DNA of 64,000 nucleotides from Rhynchopus sp. YZ270_cl-10 (taxonomy: Eukaryota). The position numbers and the translations under genes are program-made. The notes beneath the pieces are model-generated. The model worked only from the letters and a program-made list of their open reading frames with translations, ran no database searches and was not told the origin of the DNA. The stretch lies in NCBI GenBank assembly GCA_964035575.1, contig OZ037844.1:1364001-1428000 (forward strand), read 5' to 3'. Positions 1 through 11,163 of the stretch are shown here, one piece after another. Each line of letters starts with the position of its first letter. Positions within the stretch are counted from its first letter, which is position 1.

Positions 1-452
1 ACTGCAAAAAAAAAAAAAAAAAATACCAATGTTTTGGCGTCAGCCCCATATTCCCATAATGCCACCTGATTTTGGCCCGGTAGCAACTTCCGCCCAACAC
101 CACCAAGCTAGGGTCAAGATCAGGTGGTAAAGATAATACGATTCACATGCATTATATGTCTCTGGAGCGGGAGTAGTGCATCAGTTTTTTTTAAAGTGCT
201 CCAACAGCCAATAATAAAGTCAGATAAACAAAAAAGCCACTACACCCCTTCTTGCCTTCTCTCGCTCTGTCTTTTGATCCCCCCCTACTCCCTCATTCTA
301 AAACTTCTCGTAGCTTCACACTTTGAAGTACTCAATCATCCACACAACAGGACATCACATAGAATAGGGTAGGTTGGGGTTGTACAAAAAAAGCTGCGCC
401 TCTCAACTGAGGTGTACCAACTTTTTTTTTTTTATACCTAAAGCGTAGCTTA

Positions 453-958
453 CTGGGGGGGGCCGAATAGTGGACCCCCCCTGAATAGTAGACCCCCCTT
501 GAATAGTAGACCCCCCCTGGGAATTCTGGGTTTTTTTAAATTTTTTTTCCTTTGAATAGTGGACCCCCCCTGAGAAATTCCGGGGAAATTTTTTTTTTCC
601 GTTGAATAGTGGACCCCCCCCCCCAGGTTTTCGTTTTTTTTGACTTTTTGCGGAAGTCACGGAAAAATTTTAGAGGGGATCAACTACAAATTTCAAATTG
701 ATTTTTCTTTCTTTGGATAGATTTTGTGACAAATCTTTCCAAAGAAGCAAAAATCAGTATATTTTGACACACCCTATCAGCCTCATCGACAGGAGGGGTT
801 TAGTAGAAATACAGGAAAAAAATTTTGGGGGGGTCTACTATTTAGGGGGGGTCTACTATTCAACTTGGGAAAAAAAATTTTTTTTTCTGAGACCCCCGAT
901 TTATACCCGTCGGTTCGCCTAATAGTGGACCCGGGGTCTACTATTCGGCCCCCCCCAG
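453..958. mobile_element. Non-autonomous Tc1/mariner(pogo)-like MITE
   Basis: 26-bp TIR CTGGGGGGGGCCGAATAGT(G/A)GACCCC with 1 mismatch, TA on both flanks (451-452, 959-960), and several internal copies of GAATAGTRGACCCCCC in both orientations. Confidence 0.85.
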
Positions 959-1130
959 TAAAGGAGAAATAGTTCCTCAGATACGGTCGCCAATCACCCC
1001 TCCGACAGGGTAATTGTGCAATCAACGAAAAAACCTTTTTTTCCCTTTTACTTACCTATCAGAGTTACTATTTCTCATTCATCTGCGTGCCACAGTGCCT
1101 ACACAGTAAGCAACAATACGGTGTACGACT

Positions 1131-3527
1131 ATGCGGGCCCGTATGAGTACCAATGCAAATCACGCACGCCACAAGGCGTACCTCGTGAGTGACTCAGATG
1201 CACGCACACAGGTAGAGGACATTGACGGGCCGGAGGATGATGCCTTTCACGTTAGCATGGTCGACAACCACAACCATGCTCACAACCATATCGACCGTAC
1301 CGAACCCACAGTGCGGCAGGACATCCGACGACGTTTTACCCTGAGTCCTGGGTTGCAGAAGACCCAGACAGCACAGACAACACCACAGACCCGCCCCCTC
1401 CGCCAGCGCGCACAACAAACCCTTAAGGCACGCTTTGACACAAGCCCTTCCGCACGCCCCCTTCTCTTGCAACGCGCACGCAGCGTCAGCGGCGGCAGCG
1501 ACACACAAGACGCGGAAGCACGCTACTATGAAGAACTAGCACGCGTCAAAGCTCACAACAGCACACTAGAGCACTTCCTTGATGTCTTTGAAGAGAGCCT
1601 AGGGCTACCACGCGACGCACTAGAGATGATGGGCCCCTACGATCTCTACCTGCAGCAACGCAAGCTGTACATGAAGGAGAAGCTGCGTGCCGTACGGCAG
1701 GGCCACAGCGCTCGGGGCGACCCTGCGAACAACACTACCCTGGACGGGGCAGAGGGCGCACCTCGTAGTGTCATGGACGTCTTCCTCGAGGTCAAGAAAG
1801 TCGGCCCAGGGGGGCACGCCAAAGCGCTCTCAGCATGGAGCCTGGACGACTTCAAGACTGCGATGTCCTTAAAGGAACGAAACCGTAAGCACACCAAACA
1901 CCGTTACCTCGAAAGCCTCTTTACGCCCACAAAGAAACAACCCACCGCCAAACCTATAGCCAAGCATACCCCACGCTATGCCAACTCTAGTGAGGCGCTG
2001 CGGGATATTACACAGAGCCTGTCACCTATGGCGCAGAATACGTTCCCATCGGACACACCGTACGATACCTTGCAGATCCAACACCAACCGCAATGCGATC
2101 CTCAAGTCACCGCTTTGCTTGCCTCCAAACGAGCCCCTCTCGGCTGCGCCCACATCTTCACCACCCTCCCCACTCCAGGAGCGCGACCCACCAGGAATAC
2201 CCCCGAAAAAACAGCTCCCCCATCCAACACAGTACCCCCCATCGCTCCTGCACCTTCCGGACGGTATAAAGCAACGAAAATTAAGTACGGATTCGAACAG
2301 TGCTCTTTAATGGCCGCTGCAGGGAAGGCATTGTATTTACTGTCATCCCGAAGAGGGAGGTCTGCGGCTGACCAACACAAGACTCCAATGTTGTGGGAGG
2401 TCGATCCGGCAAAAGACAAACCATCTCTTCTATTACCTTGCCCTGCACAGTTTAATCAGGCGCAAAGCATATGCGGTGCGAACGAACGACTGTATCTCAT
2501 TACCGGATCCGCCTTTGGCCTCTCTGGAGATGGCGCTGTTTGGGAATACAATGTCAACACAAAAACAGCACGAATTCTCCCCTCCACCCCAAAACTCCCC
2601 TACGGGGTTCTCATCGCCGCGAACCCTACCACACTCTTTACCCTCTGTGGGTCCTATGGGGTGAAAGGTAACCATTCTCCCACTACACCATGTGGATGTG
2701 GTACTGTCTTTAGCATATCATTAGAGCAGAAGGGGCAGACCAGGCCTTTACCATTGGATGTGTATAATTTGGATAGTGCGCAGGCAATGGTGGCGGTGGG
2801 GCATAGCTATCATACGAGGCTTTATATTGTGTTTGGAAATGCGCTGGGGCTATCGGGGGAGGGGAGGTTGGTGGAGTATACGGTGGTGTCGGGGGTGCGG
2901 AGGGTGATTGTGTCAAATGCTTTGCGTGGTGCGGTGTTGTTGACACCTCTCTCCGCTAACAGGCTGCTTGCAATAGATTCAGATGCCGCGATAGTATATG
3001 AAATTGACATCAACGCGGTAACCCCTGATACATCCGAAGACCAACCTCAGGTTGCAACCTGTATCAAAGCGCGTACCCTAGCAGAAGGGTCGATGCTATA
3101 CAGTCAAGCCCTTGCGGTGCTACATGGTAGAATATTTGTTGTGCACGGTGCCACCCGGTACACTTTCGCAGCTAGGCTTGGCATTGATACCATCCCCGAT
3201 GAAGATGACAGTACGCACGCATCAATCGCTCGGCCGTCCAGTGTTGGGTTGGGTGGGGGTATAGGGAACCCAGGGGGTGGTCCACCTATCGATACAACGG
3301 ACTTCGGTCTCTGGGAGTACGCCTTAGTGAAGAAGACGGAATGTGGTCGTGGGGAGAAGGTGCCCTGTCTCAGCTTCGAAGACTACTGTACAATACAGGG
3401 GGTGTTCAGTAAGTACGGTGCTGAGCAGCTGACAGCGGAGCAGATGAAGGCAGCGTGCCATCAGGTGCAGGTATGTTTGCAAGAAGGACTGGGGTTGTGT
3501 TCTAGTGAATCAGGATGGGCCAAATAG
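1131..3527 (+). CDS. Hypothetical protein, 798 aa: low-complexity/coiled N-terminus and a probable beta-propeller (repeated LY..G..G.G.(V/L)WEY segments) in the C-terminal half
   Basis: Long ORF with coding-like composition, repeated beta-blade-like motifs, and CACAG acceptor candidates just upstream. Confidence 0.75.
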   Translation: MRARMSTNANHARHKAYLVSDSDARTQVEDIDGPEDDAFHVSMVDNHNHAHNHIDRTEPTVRQDIRRRFTLSPGLQKTQTAQTTPQTRPLRQRAQQTLKARFDTSPSARPLLLQRARSVSGGSDTQDAEARYYEELARVKAHNSTLEHFLDVFEESLGLPRDALEMMGPYDLYLQQRKLYMKEKLRAVRQGHSARGDPANNTTLDGAEGAPRSVMDVFLEVKKVGPGGHAKALSAWSLDDFKTAMSLKERNRKHTKHRYLESLFTPTKKQPTAKPIAKHTPRYANSSEALRDITQSLSPMAQNTFPSDTPYDTLQIQHQPQCDPQVTALLASKRAPLGCAHIFTTLPTPGARPTRNTPEKTAPPSNTVPPIAPAPSGRYKATKIKYGFEQCSLMAAAGKALYLLSSRRGRSAADQHKTPMLWEVDPAKDKPSLLLPCPAQFNQAQSICGANERLYLITGSAFGLSGDGAVWEYNVNTKTARILPSTPKLPYGVLIAANPTTLFTLCGSYGVKGNHSPTTPCGCGTVFSISLEQKGQTRPLPLDVYNLDSAQAMVAVGHSYHTRLYIVFGNALGLSGEGRLVEYTVVSGVRRVIVSNALRGAVLLTPLSANRLLAIDSDAAIVYEIDINAVTPDTSEDQPQVATCIKARTLAEGSMLYSQALAVLHGRIFVVHGATRYTFAARLGIDTIPDEDDSTHASIARPSSVGLGGGIGNPGGGPPIDTTDFGLWEYALVKKTECGRGEKVPCLSFEDYCTIQGVFSKYGAEQLTAEQMKAACHQVQVCLQEGLGLCSSESGWAK

Positions 3528-3942
3528 GTTAATGGCTTTGAGTTTCCCGCAGAATTTTTTTTTTGGGGGGTCAGAAGAGGTTATGTCTTATTTGCTTAGC
3601 ATCACGGTGAGTGCTGTTGTTTTTTGGGATCTTTTTTATTCCTACGAAGCTTGCTTTAAAGGAGAAAATAGTATTTTACCGATACGGTCGCCAAATCATC
3701 CCTCAAACAGGAGGATGGTGCAAATCAACGAAAACAACTTTACTTACCCTATTTTGTTCTCCATTCTTCTACGGTACGGACCACTCACGTCTTCACCCTT
3801 TGCATGGCTATGTCTGACTATGCGTTTCACGATTACTCTTTTTATTTTGAAAAAGTGTATACTATTTGCACTGTACACTCTCTCCAATACCACCTTCTCT
3901 CAGACACGCCTTCACCTCCCGCAAAGCAAGATCGATGTAGCG

Positions 3943-4464
3943 ATGTTGATCGAACGCGAGCGGAGCCGCTCTGCGTCTGACGTGCTGATGTTGCTTCGCG
4001 TCGCGTATGACCACCTGCTGTTTAGTGATGTGCGCGCCGCATGGCGGGTCCACGACGAGGGGCGGCGGCACAACGGGAACGGCAACCACCACTGGGGTGG
4101 GTGGCGGGGGACGTGCAGTGCTGAGCATGCAGCAGAGGTGGAGCGTTTGTTTGCCTTTTTGGGGGGGACTGCTGGGGGGCGGGTCACAGCTGAGAGTGTC
4201 GCGCGGGTGTTGCCACCGAACGGCGTGCTGTCGCACACAGACCTTGAGGAAGTGGTCTGTGCCTCAGCAGGTGGTCTCACCATCGACGATGTTGCTGCCC
4301 TCTTTACCGACAACAGCACCGACAAAGACCCCGTCCGCCCCTCACTCTTTTTCCAAAGTTTCGTCCCCCATGCCGCCTCGCAAGGCAGTGCTGTGACCCT
4401 CAGCAAACACCTCGACCGGCTTCTTGAATGTGAAACATACGCTTCCTTTGGAGTAAAGCATTAA
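3943..4464 (+). CDS. Hypothetical protein (~173 aa), possibly degenerate EF-hand/calmodulin-like
   Basis: GC-rich part of ORF 3505-4464 starting at ATG 3943 after a pyrimidine tract and AG (3902-3903); EVERLFAFLGGTAGGRVTAESVARVL and LTIDDVAALF resemble degenerate EF-hand pairs. Confidence 0.5.
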   Translation: MLIERERSRSASDVLMLLRVAYDHLLFSDVRAAWRVHDEGRRHNGNGNHHWGGWRGTCSAEHAAEVERLFAFLGGTAGGRVTAESVARVLPPNGVLSHTDLEEVVCASAGGLTIDDVAALFTDNSTDKDPVRPSLFFQSFVPHAASQGSAVTLSKHLDRLLECETYASFGVKH

Positions 4465-4739
4465 GCAAAGAGATACCGAAGTCGCAAAAAAGGCTGGTCA
4501 ACATGGACCCCTTTAAAAAAAAATCTGCAGAATGAGTACTACAGTAGGCTTCTTATTCGTGGCTTGATAGCATAGAACAACAGAGTCTGTACACTATGAC
4601 ACACTGTACGGAATGTGGCGAAAAAGCAAAAAGAGGAAAAGGGACGAAAGAGAAATATTGGGGAACAAACGAACCGATCTTGTGTGCATGGGGGGGCATA
4701 TCAGCACCATCATGGGCAACTCTGTACGATGATTTGTGA

Positions 4740-4849
4740 CTAAGGCTGCCTCATTTTGCCTGCAATTTTTTGGTGGAGTTTGGGGGTTAAAAAAATACCA
4801 CCAAACCCCAAATTTCAGGCAAAATCAGGTGGCAAGGGAGGTCGCCTTA
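4740..4849. repeat. Short palindromic MITE-like repeat (TGCCACCTGATTTT family)
   Basis: Imperfect palindrome; related copies at 60-130, 11627-11680 and about 46590-46650, in both orientations. Confidence 0.5.
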
Positions 4850-5216
4850 TGTTTATTTCGTTGCTTGTATTACTGTAAGCGATAGTGGAGGGTAGGGTGG
4901 GGCGAGGGTGTGTTGTGTGTCCGTAGCAAGGGATGATTTTGCAAAGTGTTTTCCAGCACTTCTCTCGAAGCAAAGATGCCCCTATTTATTTGTCGTTTTG
5001 TTTTGTTTAGATACGGCGCTGTGGCGTTGCAAGGCGTTTCGATACGTTGTAAAAAAAAAAAAGAATATGGATTTACCTAGCGAGAGGGGCACATGCTCAT
5101 GCCATGTCACTTTGTCACGTGTTGAGAGTAGCATCCTTCTTTGTCCCTCCTCCCCACCTGAAAACCCACGCATAAAAAGGAAAACCACAACACACATTAA
5201 CGAGAAGTTCAAAACC

Positions 5217-6968
5217 ATGTCGAAGCGACACGCAGACAGCACACCTGACGAGAAGGCACCAAAGAGAAGAAAGCTTTCAGACTCGGTCTTGGTGGAAGCT
5301 GCCAGGAACGGCGACACGACTGCCGTGCGGGTGGAACTTGACAATTTCAGCCCAGACACAGTCAGCAAAAGGGTTGCCTTCGATGCTGTGCACGAGGCAT
5401 GCAGAGGGAACCACGATGAATGCCTCGCACTGCTTCTTCCATATGTTGAGACAACGCAGATGGGCTTCGGGATGCTGCTGAGTGAGTGCGTCCACGCAGA
5501 CCACACTGCGTGCACGGAGGTCCTCTTGCAGCATTGGAAGTCAGTCTGCAGCAACGTTGCGTTTGTCCCTCACGGGCAGGAGGCAGACAACGAAAGTCAG
5601 ACACCTCGTCCCTGTCCAGCCATGTGGGCGGACCCTGCAGTGTGTCAGGTGCTCATTGATGCAGGGGCAGACATCGAGACAAAGGATGAGGATGGACTTT
5701 CACCTCTTCTCAGGGCGAGCATTTCAGGCAAGTCCGCAGTTGTGAAGATGTTGGTTGAAGCAGGTGCGGGAGTGTGTGTCACAGACAACAAAGGCGACAC
5801 ATGTCTTATCCTTGCTGTCCCAGATGCTTCGTCACGTTTTGGACACACCGAGACTGTGCGCTATCTTGTGGGCTTGAAGGATGTGGACGTGAATCACGCA
5901 GATGATGAAGGCTTCACTGCGTTGCACTGCGCAGTGCTAGAAGGATATCCAGATGTGGTGCAGGTGCTTATTGATGCAGGTGCAGACATCGAGGCGAAGG
6001 ACGAGAAGGGACGTTCACCTCTGCACGTGGCTTGCCTCTCCGGATCCCTCGCAGTTGTGAAGGTGTTGGTTGGAGAAGGTGCGGGAGTGTGTGTCTCAGA
6101 CGACGAAAGACCCACATGTCTTACGCTTGCGGCATGGAATGGGCACACCGAGATTGTGCGCTATCTTGTGGACTTGCCAGAGGGGGACGTGAATCACGCA
6201 TATGGCTTCGCAGCAACTGCGTTGCACTGCGCAGCACGTCAGAAGCATCCCGATGTGGTGAAGGTGCTCATTGATGCAGGGGCAGACATCGAGGCACAGG
6301 ACAACGACGGATATTCACCTCTATTCTTGCCAAGCATTTCAGGGGGAGTCGATACTGTGAAGGTGTTGCTGAGAGCAGGTGCAGACGTACGTGCCACAGA
6401 CACCACAGGTAACACATGTCTTATGTTTGCAGCACATCATGGCCACATCGAGACCGTGCGCACTCTTCTGTGCATGCCTGAGGTGGGTTTAGATAACCCA
6501 GGAGAACACGGCTCCACTGCGTTGCACGACGCAGCATGTCAGGGACATCCCGATGTGCTGCAGGCACTGCTTGATGCAGGGGCAGACACCGAGGCAAAGG
6601 ACGCGGAGGGGAGGTCGGTGCTACTCGTGGCAAGCAGCACACATGAAGTTAAATCTGTGAAGGTGTTGGTCGAAGCAGGTGCGGAAGTGCGTGCCACAGA
6701 CGACGAAGGAAACACGTGTCTTATCATTGCGGCATATTTTGGATACACCGAGATTGTGCGCTATCTTTTGTGCTTGTCGGATGTGCATGACAGAGACGCT
6801 GAAGGAGACACTGCGTTACACTTAGCTGCACATCAAAAGCTTCCGGATGTGGTGAAGCTTCTGTTGGAGCACGGTGCGGATAAGTCGTTGTGCAATGAGG
6901 CAGGAGAGACGGCACTTGATAATGCAGCAGCAGGTGGGTGTCGTGAGTGTTGTCGGCTCTTGAGCTGA
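5217..6968 (+). CDS. Ankyrin-repeat protein, paralog 1 (583 aa)
   Basis: Repeated G.T(A/C)LH.A...GH.(E/D).V..L...GAD ankyrin consensus; start set at MSKRH, the ATG shared by all five paralogs. Confidence 0.92.
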   Translation: MSKRHADSTPDEKAPKRRKLSDSVLVEAARNGDTTAVRVELDNFSPDTVSKRVAFDAVHEACRGNHDECLALLLPYVETTQMGFGMLLSECVHADHTACTEVLLQHWKSVCSNVAFVPHGQEADNESQTPRPCPAMWADPAVCQVLIDAGADIETKDEDGLSPLLRASISGKSAVVKMLVEAGAGVCVTDNKGDTCLILAVPDASSRFGHTETVRYLVGLKDVDVNHADDEGFTALHCAVLEGYPDVVQVLIDAGADIEAKDEKGRSPLHVACLSGSLAVVKVLVGEGAGVCVSDDERPTCLTLAAWNGHTEIVRYLVDLPEGDVNHAYGFAATALHCAARQKHPDVVKVLIDAGADIEAQDNDGYSPLFLPSISGGVDTVKVLLRAGADVRATDTTGNTCLMFAAHHGHIETVRTLLCMPEVGLDNPGEHGSTALHDAACQGHPDVLQALLDAGADTEAKDAEGRSVLLVASSTHEVKSVKVLVEAGAEVRATDDEGNTCLIIAAYFGYTEIVRYLLCLSDVHDRDAEGDTALHLAAHQKLPDVVKLLLEHGADKSLCNEAGETALDNAAAGGCRECCRLLS

Positions 6969-7095
6969 ACCATTTGGGTTTCTTTATCCATCTGCCTGCG
7001 ACGAGAACTATCTAACCATCTGCAAGCAGCGCCGATGCACTCTGAGTTTGCACTTTCAACTTCTCTTTGTTATGTCTTTGCTCACTGTGCCTCCT

Positions 7096-7263
7096 TATCT
7101 TGCGGGCTTGAAGGAGGTGGATGTGCATCACGCAGCTAATGGGGGCGAGACTGCGTTGCACGTCACATCACGTAGACATGGACATCGTGTGGTGCAGATT
7201 CTTCTCGAGCACTATACGAACGCGTCTGAGGTGACCGCAGTAATAAGAATACAGCCGTCCTGA
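7096..7263 (+). pseudogene. Orphan ankyrin-repeat fragment downstream of paralog 1
   Basis: YLAGLKEVDVHHAANGGETALHV...VVQILLEH lies after the paralog 1 stop; near-identical copy at about 32108-32272. Confidence 0.6.
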
Positions 7264-8295
7264 TTGTGGCTCTTGAGTTGAAACATTGTCCTCTTTGAAA
7301 TCACCCTCCTTTTATTTGTGGTTTTTGTTTATATTTTTTTGGTTGTGTTATTACGTGCTCGCCATTTCCCCCTCACGAGGTGTGACCCAGATCGCAAAAG
7401 CAAAGCTTTGCACTGTTGAGCACAAGCAAAGACACAAAGCTTGGATCTGGTGAGTGCAGGTGGCTCCGTGCCAGACCACAGAGTTCCGCACTGTTCATGA
7501 TGCCTCTCAAGCAAAGCACCCAAAGTATTTATTGGGAGAACCAGTGCCTGCGTCCGCCGACGAACGGTGAGGCGTTTGCACTTTCAACTTCTCTTTTTTG
7601 ATGGTCAATACAATGCACATCAGCCATAGAAAGAAAGAGGGAAAAAGCTGTTCATTTGTGTTACATCCAAATCACCTCATTTCCCATAACCTTCTTTCAC
7701 CTCCATCCTCACCACCACCACGTATGCACTCCTGAACACTCTGAAAGTACTTACTACTCGCTTCTGTCTGGGAACAGTGATTGCAACTGGGCCCTTATTG
7801 CGGAACAGAACTCCAAGCACCACAGATATTTTCAGAAACGCCAACATAGTCATTGCATCGTTGCGGCTGTGTCGTTTTGCATTGTCTCTGGCTTGTCGTC
7901 GCAACCTCCATTGTGATGTCTCCCGTGAGCCTCGTGTCCTTCGTCTTAGAGGTTGGCGCCTCGAAGGGTCTCACGATGAACACCTTCTTGCCGGCGGCGG
8001 CCCCCACCGCAACCGTATGCATCAACTGCAGCGAGGTCTAGACCAGAAGGAGCAGACCTTTGCACATCCTATAGGCGGCACCCGGCTGTGCACAACACCC
8101 GCAGCACCAATGTCAAAGTCCTTCGACTTCCCCAAGAAGGCACGTGAAATGCACATTATGTCATGTACGTTCGTGTCATTGATGTGCACTTTGTCACGTG
8201 CTGAGAGTAGCATCCTTCTTTGTCCCTCCTCCCCACCTCACAACCCATGCAAAAAAAGGAAAACCACAACACACATTAACGAGAAGTTCAAAACC

Positions 8296-10935
8296 ATGTC
8301 GAAGCGACACACAGACAGCACACCTGACGAGAAGGAACCAAAGAGAAGAAAGCTTTCAGACTCGGTCTTGGTGGAGGCTGCCAGGAACGGCGACACGACT
8401 GCCGTGCGGGTGGGACTTGAGAAGCTCAGCCCAGACACAGACAGCAAAACGGTTGCCTTCGATGCTGTGCACGAGGCATGCAGAGGGAACCACGATGAAT
8501 GCCTCGCACTGCTTCTTCCGTATGTTGAGACAACGCAGATGGGCTTTGGGATGCTGCTGAGTGAGTGCATCCACGCAGACCACACTGCGTGCACGGAGGT
8601 CCTCTTGCAGCATTGGAAGTCAGTCTGCAGCAACGTTGCGTTTGTCCCACACGGACAGGAGGCAGACATCCAAAGTAAGAAACCTCGTCCCTGTCCAGCC
8701 ATGTGGGCGGACCCTGCAGTGTTTCAGGTGCTCATTGATGCAGGGGCAGACATCGAGACAAAGGATGAGAAGGGATTTTTACCTATTCTGTTGACAAGCC
8801 TTTCAGGCAAGATTGCAGTTGTGAAGATGTTGGTTGAAGCAGGTGCGGGAGTGTGTGTCACAGACAACGAAAGACGGACATGTCTTACCCTTGCGGCATG
8901 TTGTGGACACACTGAGACCGTGCGCTATCTTGTGGGTTTGAAGGTTGTGGATGTGAATCACACTGATAGCTACGGCCGCACTGCTTTGCACTGGGCAATA
9001 CAGGAAGGATATCGCGATGTGATGCAGGTGCTCATTGATGCAGGTGCGGGAGTGTGTGTCACAGACAACGAAAGCTACACGTGTCTCACCCTTGCGTCTG
9101 TTTATGGACACACCGAGATTGTGCGCTATCTTGTGGGTTTGAAGGAGATGGATGTGCATCACGCAGATAACAACGGCTGCACTGCGTTGCACTGGGCAGT
9201 GCAGGAGGGACCTCCCGATGTGGTGCAGGTGCTCATTGATGCAGGGGCAGACATGGAAGCGAAGGATAATAGAGGACGCTCTGCTCTTCTCAGGGCTAGC
9301 ATTGCAGGCAAGATCGCAGCTGTGAAGATGTTGGTCGAAGCAGGTGCGGGAGTGCGTTTCACAGACACCAAAGGAGCCACATGTTTTACCCTTGCGGCAA
9401 ACTTTGGCCACACCGAGACTGTGCGCTATCTTGTGGGTTTGAAGGATGTGGACGTGAATCACTCACAGAACAATGGACGCACTGCGTTGCACCACGTAAT
9501 CCACGAAGGACATCGCGATGTGATGCAGGTGCTCATTGATGCAGGGGCAGACATCGAGGCTAAGGATAAGAAGGGATTTTCACCTCTGCTCAGGGCAAGC
9601 ATTTTAGGAAAGTTCGCAATTGTGAAGATGTTGGTCGAAGCAGGTGCGGACGTGCGTGTCACAAACAACAGAGGAGACACGTGTCTTATCCTTGCGGCAA
9701 TCTCTGGACATACCGAGACTGTGCGCTACCTTGCGGGCTTGAAGGATGTGGATGTGAATCACGCACTGAACAACGGCCACACTGCGTTGCACTGGGCAGT
9801 GCACGAAGGACCTCCCGATGTGGTGCAGGTGCTCATTGATGCAGGTGCAGACATGGAGGCGAAGGATGATAGAGGACGTTCTGCTCTTCTCAGGGCTAGC
9901 ATTTCAGGCAAGATCGCAGCTGTGAAGATGTTGGTCGAAGCAGGTGCGGGAGTGCGTTTCACAGACACCAAAGGAGCCACATGTTTTACCCTTGCTGCAT
10001 TCTTTGGCCACACCGAGACTGTGCGCTATCTTGTAGGTTTGAAGGATGTGGACGTGAGTCACTCACAAAACAATGGACTCACTGCGTTGCACCACGTAGC
10101 ACACGAAGGACATCGCGATGTGACGCAGGTGCTCATTGATGCCGGGGCAGACATCGAGGCAAAGGATGGGCTGGGATTTTCACCTCTGCTCAGGGCAAGC
10201 ATTTTAGGAAAGTTCGCAATTGTGAAGATGTTGGTCGAAGCAGGTGCGGACGTGCGTGTCACAGACAACGAAGGAAACACGTGTCTTATCCTTGCGGAAA
10301 ACTCTGGACACATCGAGACTGTGCGCTACCTTGCGGGCTTGAAGGATGTGGACGTGAATCACGCAGTGAACAACGGCTGCACTGCGGTTCACTACGCAAC
10401 CAGTGTCGATGTGCTGCGGGTACTCGCCACTGCTGGAGCAGTCATTACGGCAAGACCAAACAACCCGAGTAGTTCGGCTCTTGTCACTAGCGAGAAAGGG
10501 AATAATACAGCAAAGGTGAAGACGTGGATCGAAGCAGTTGCGGTCGCCACAGACAGCGAAGGTGACACATCCCCCCCTTTTACGTCAGGTTCAGGACAGG
10601 ACAGCACGTCGCCACACACCTGCGAAATGGGAAGAGCTGAGCGCGAGTCTGCTTCTGCATCGGCAGTGGGGGCAGGTGAGAGTACGGCACGACTGCGTGA
10701 GGGGGGAGAGGAGGATGAAGACAACGAAGATACCGAGGAAGAGGATGAAGCTGCAGACGAAGAGGACGACACCTGCGAGGGCTATGAGCTGGTCAATGTG
10801 GACCGCCGCGGTGAGGGTGAGAGCGACGCAAGTCCAGAAGGAAGTGGAGGGAGCAGTGGTGGTGGTGATGAAGACTCTGATGGCGACAGCTTCGTGAATA
10901 TCTCCTCGATCCAATCGGGGTTGGTAGTTATTTAA
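8296..10935 (+). CDS. Ankyrin-repeat protein, paralog 2 (879 aa) with acidic C-terminal tail
   Basis: Same constant N-terminus; 300-bp repeat units (GTGCTCATTGATGC at about 9229, 9529, 9829, 10129); unique Asp/Glu-rich tail. Confidence 0.92.
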   Translation: MSKRHTDSTPDEKEPKRRKLSDSVLVEAARNGDTTAVRVGLEKLSPDTDSKTVAFDAVHEACRGNHDECLALLLPYVETTQMGFGMLLSECIHADHTACTEVLLQHWKSVCSNVAFVPHGQEADIQSKKPRPCPAMWADPAVFQVLIDAGADIETKDEKGFLPILLTSLSGKIAVVKMLVEAGAGVCVTDNERRTCLTLAACCGHTETVRYLVGLKVVDVNHTDSYGRTALHWAIQEGYRDVMQVLIDAGAGVCVTDNESYTCLTLASVYGHTEIVRYLVGLKEMDVHHADNNGCTALHWAVQEGPPDVVQVLIDAGADMEAKDNRGRSALLRASIAGKIAAVKMLVEAGAGVRFTDTKGATCFTLAANFGHTETVRYLVGLKDVDVNHSQNNGRTALHHVIHEGHRDVMQVLIDAGADIEAKDKKGFSPLLRASILGKFAIVKMLVEAGADVRVTNNRGDTCLILAAISGHTETVRYLAGLKDVDVNHALNNGHTALHWAVHEGPPDVVQVLIDAGADMEAKDDRGRSALLRASISGKIAAVKMLVEAGAGVRFTDTKGATCFTLAAFFGHTETVRYLVGLKDVDVSHSQNNGLTALHHVAHEGHRDVTQVLIDAGADIEAKDGLGFSPLLRASILGKFAIVKMLVEAGADVRVTDNEGNTCLILAENSGHIETVRYLAGLKDVDVNHAVNNGCTAVHYATSVDVLRVLATAGAVITARPNNPSSSALVTSEKGNNTAKVKTWIEAVAVATDSEGDTSPPFTSGSGQDSTSPHTCEMGRAERESASASAVGAGESTARLREGGEEDEDNEDTEEEDEAADEEDDTCEGYELVNVDRRGEGESDASPEGSGGSSGGGDEDSDGDSFVNISSIQSGLVVI

Positions 10936-11063
10936 AAAATAGACTCCAAGGGGCTGGCGGGGTTTTGGTAAACTTAGGTCAAAAAACAGATTTACCCACG
11001 AAACCCACCCAAAACCCAATTCCAAGTGGGGGTTTTTTTTTACCTCGACATTATTTCATCTAT

Positions 11064-11163
11064 CTTCTACTCGGACTTTTTGCTCGATTTTTCCTCCTGT
11101 GACCTCGGAAACGTCATTCTGAGTTCAAAGGAGCAAAAATCGAGCAAAAAGTCCGAGTGGAAG
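11064..11163. repeat. 100-bp near-perfect palindrome (foldback/MITE-like)
   Basis: CTTCTACTCGGACTTTTTGCTCGATTTTT ... AAAAATCGAGCAAAAAGTCCGAGTGGAAG. Confidence 0.7.

Noticed and set aside
7915..8140. GC-rich insert unique to the upstream region of ankyrin paralog 2
   Set aside because: Looks coding-derived, but no recognisable protein motif or ends.
4908..8295. Long N-terminal extensions of the ankyrin ORFs (4908, 7777; also 29836 and 33067)
   Set aside because: They differ between paralogs, run through repeats, and paralog 3 has an in-frame stop upstream; the shared ATG is MSKRH.
8700..10430. Regular ~100/300-bp repeats resembling a CRISPR-like array
   Set aside because: They are in-frame ankyrin coding repeats; there are no cas genes and no unique spacers.
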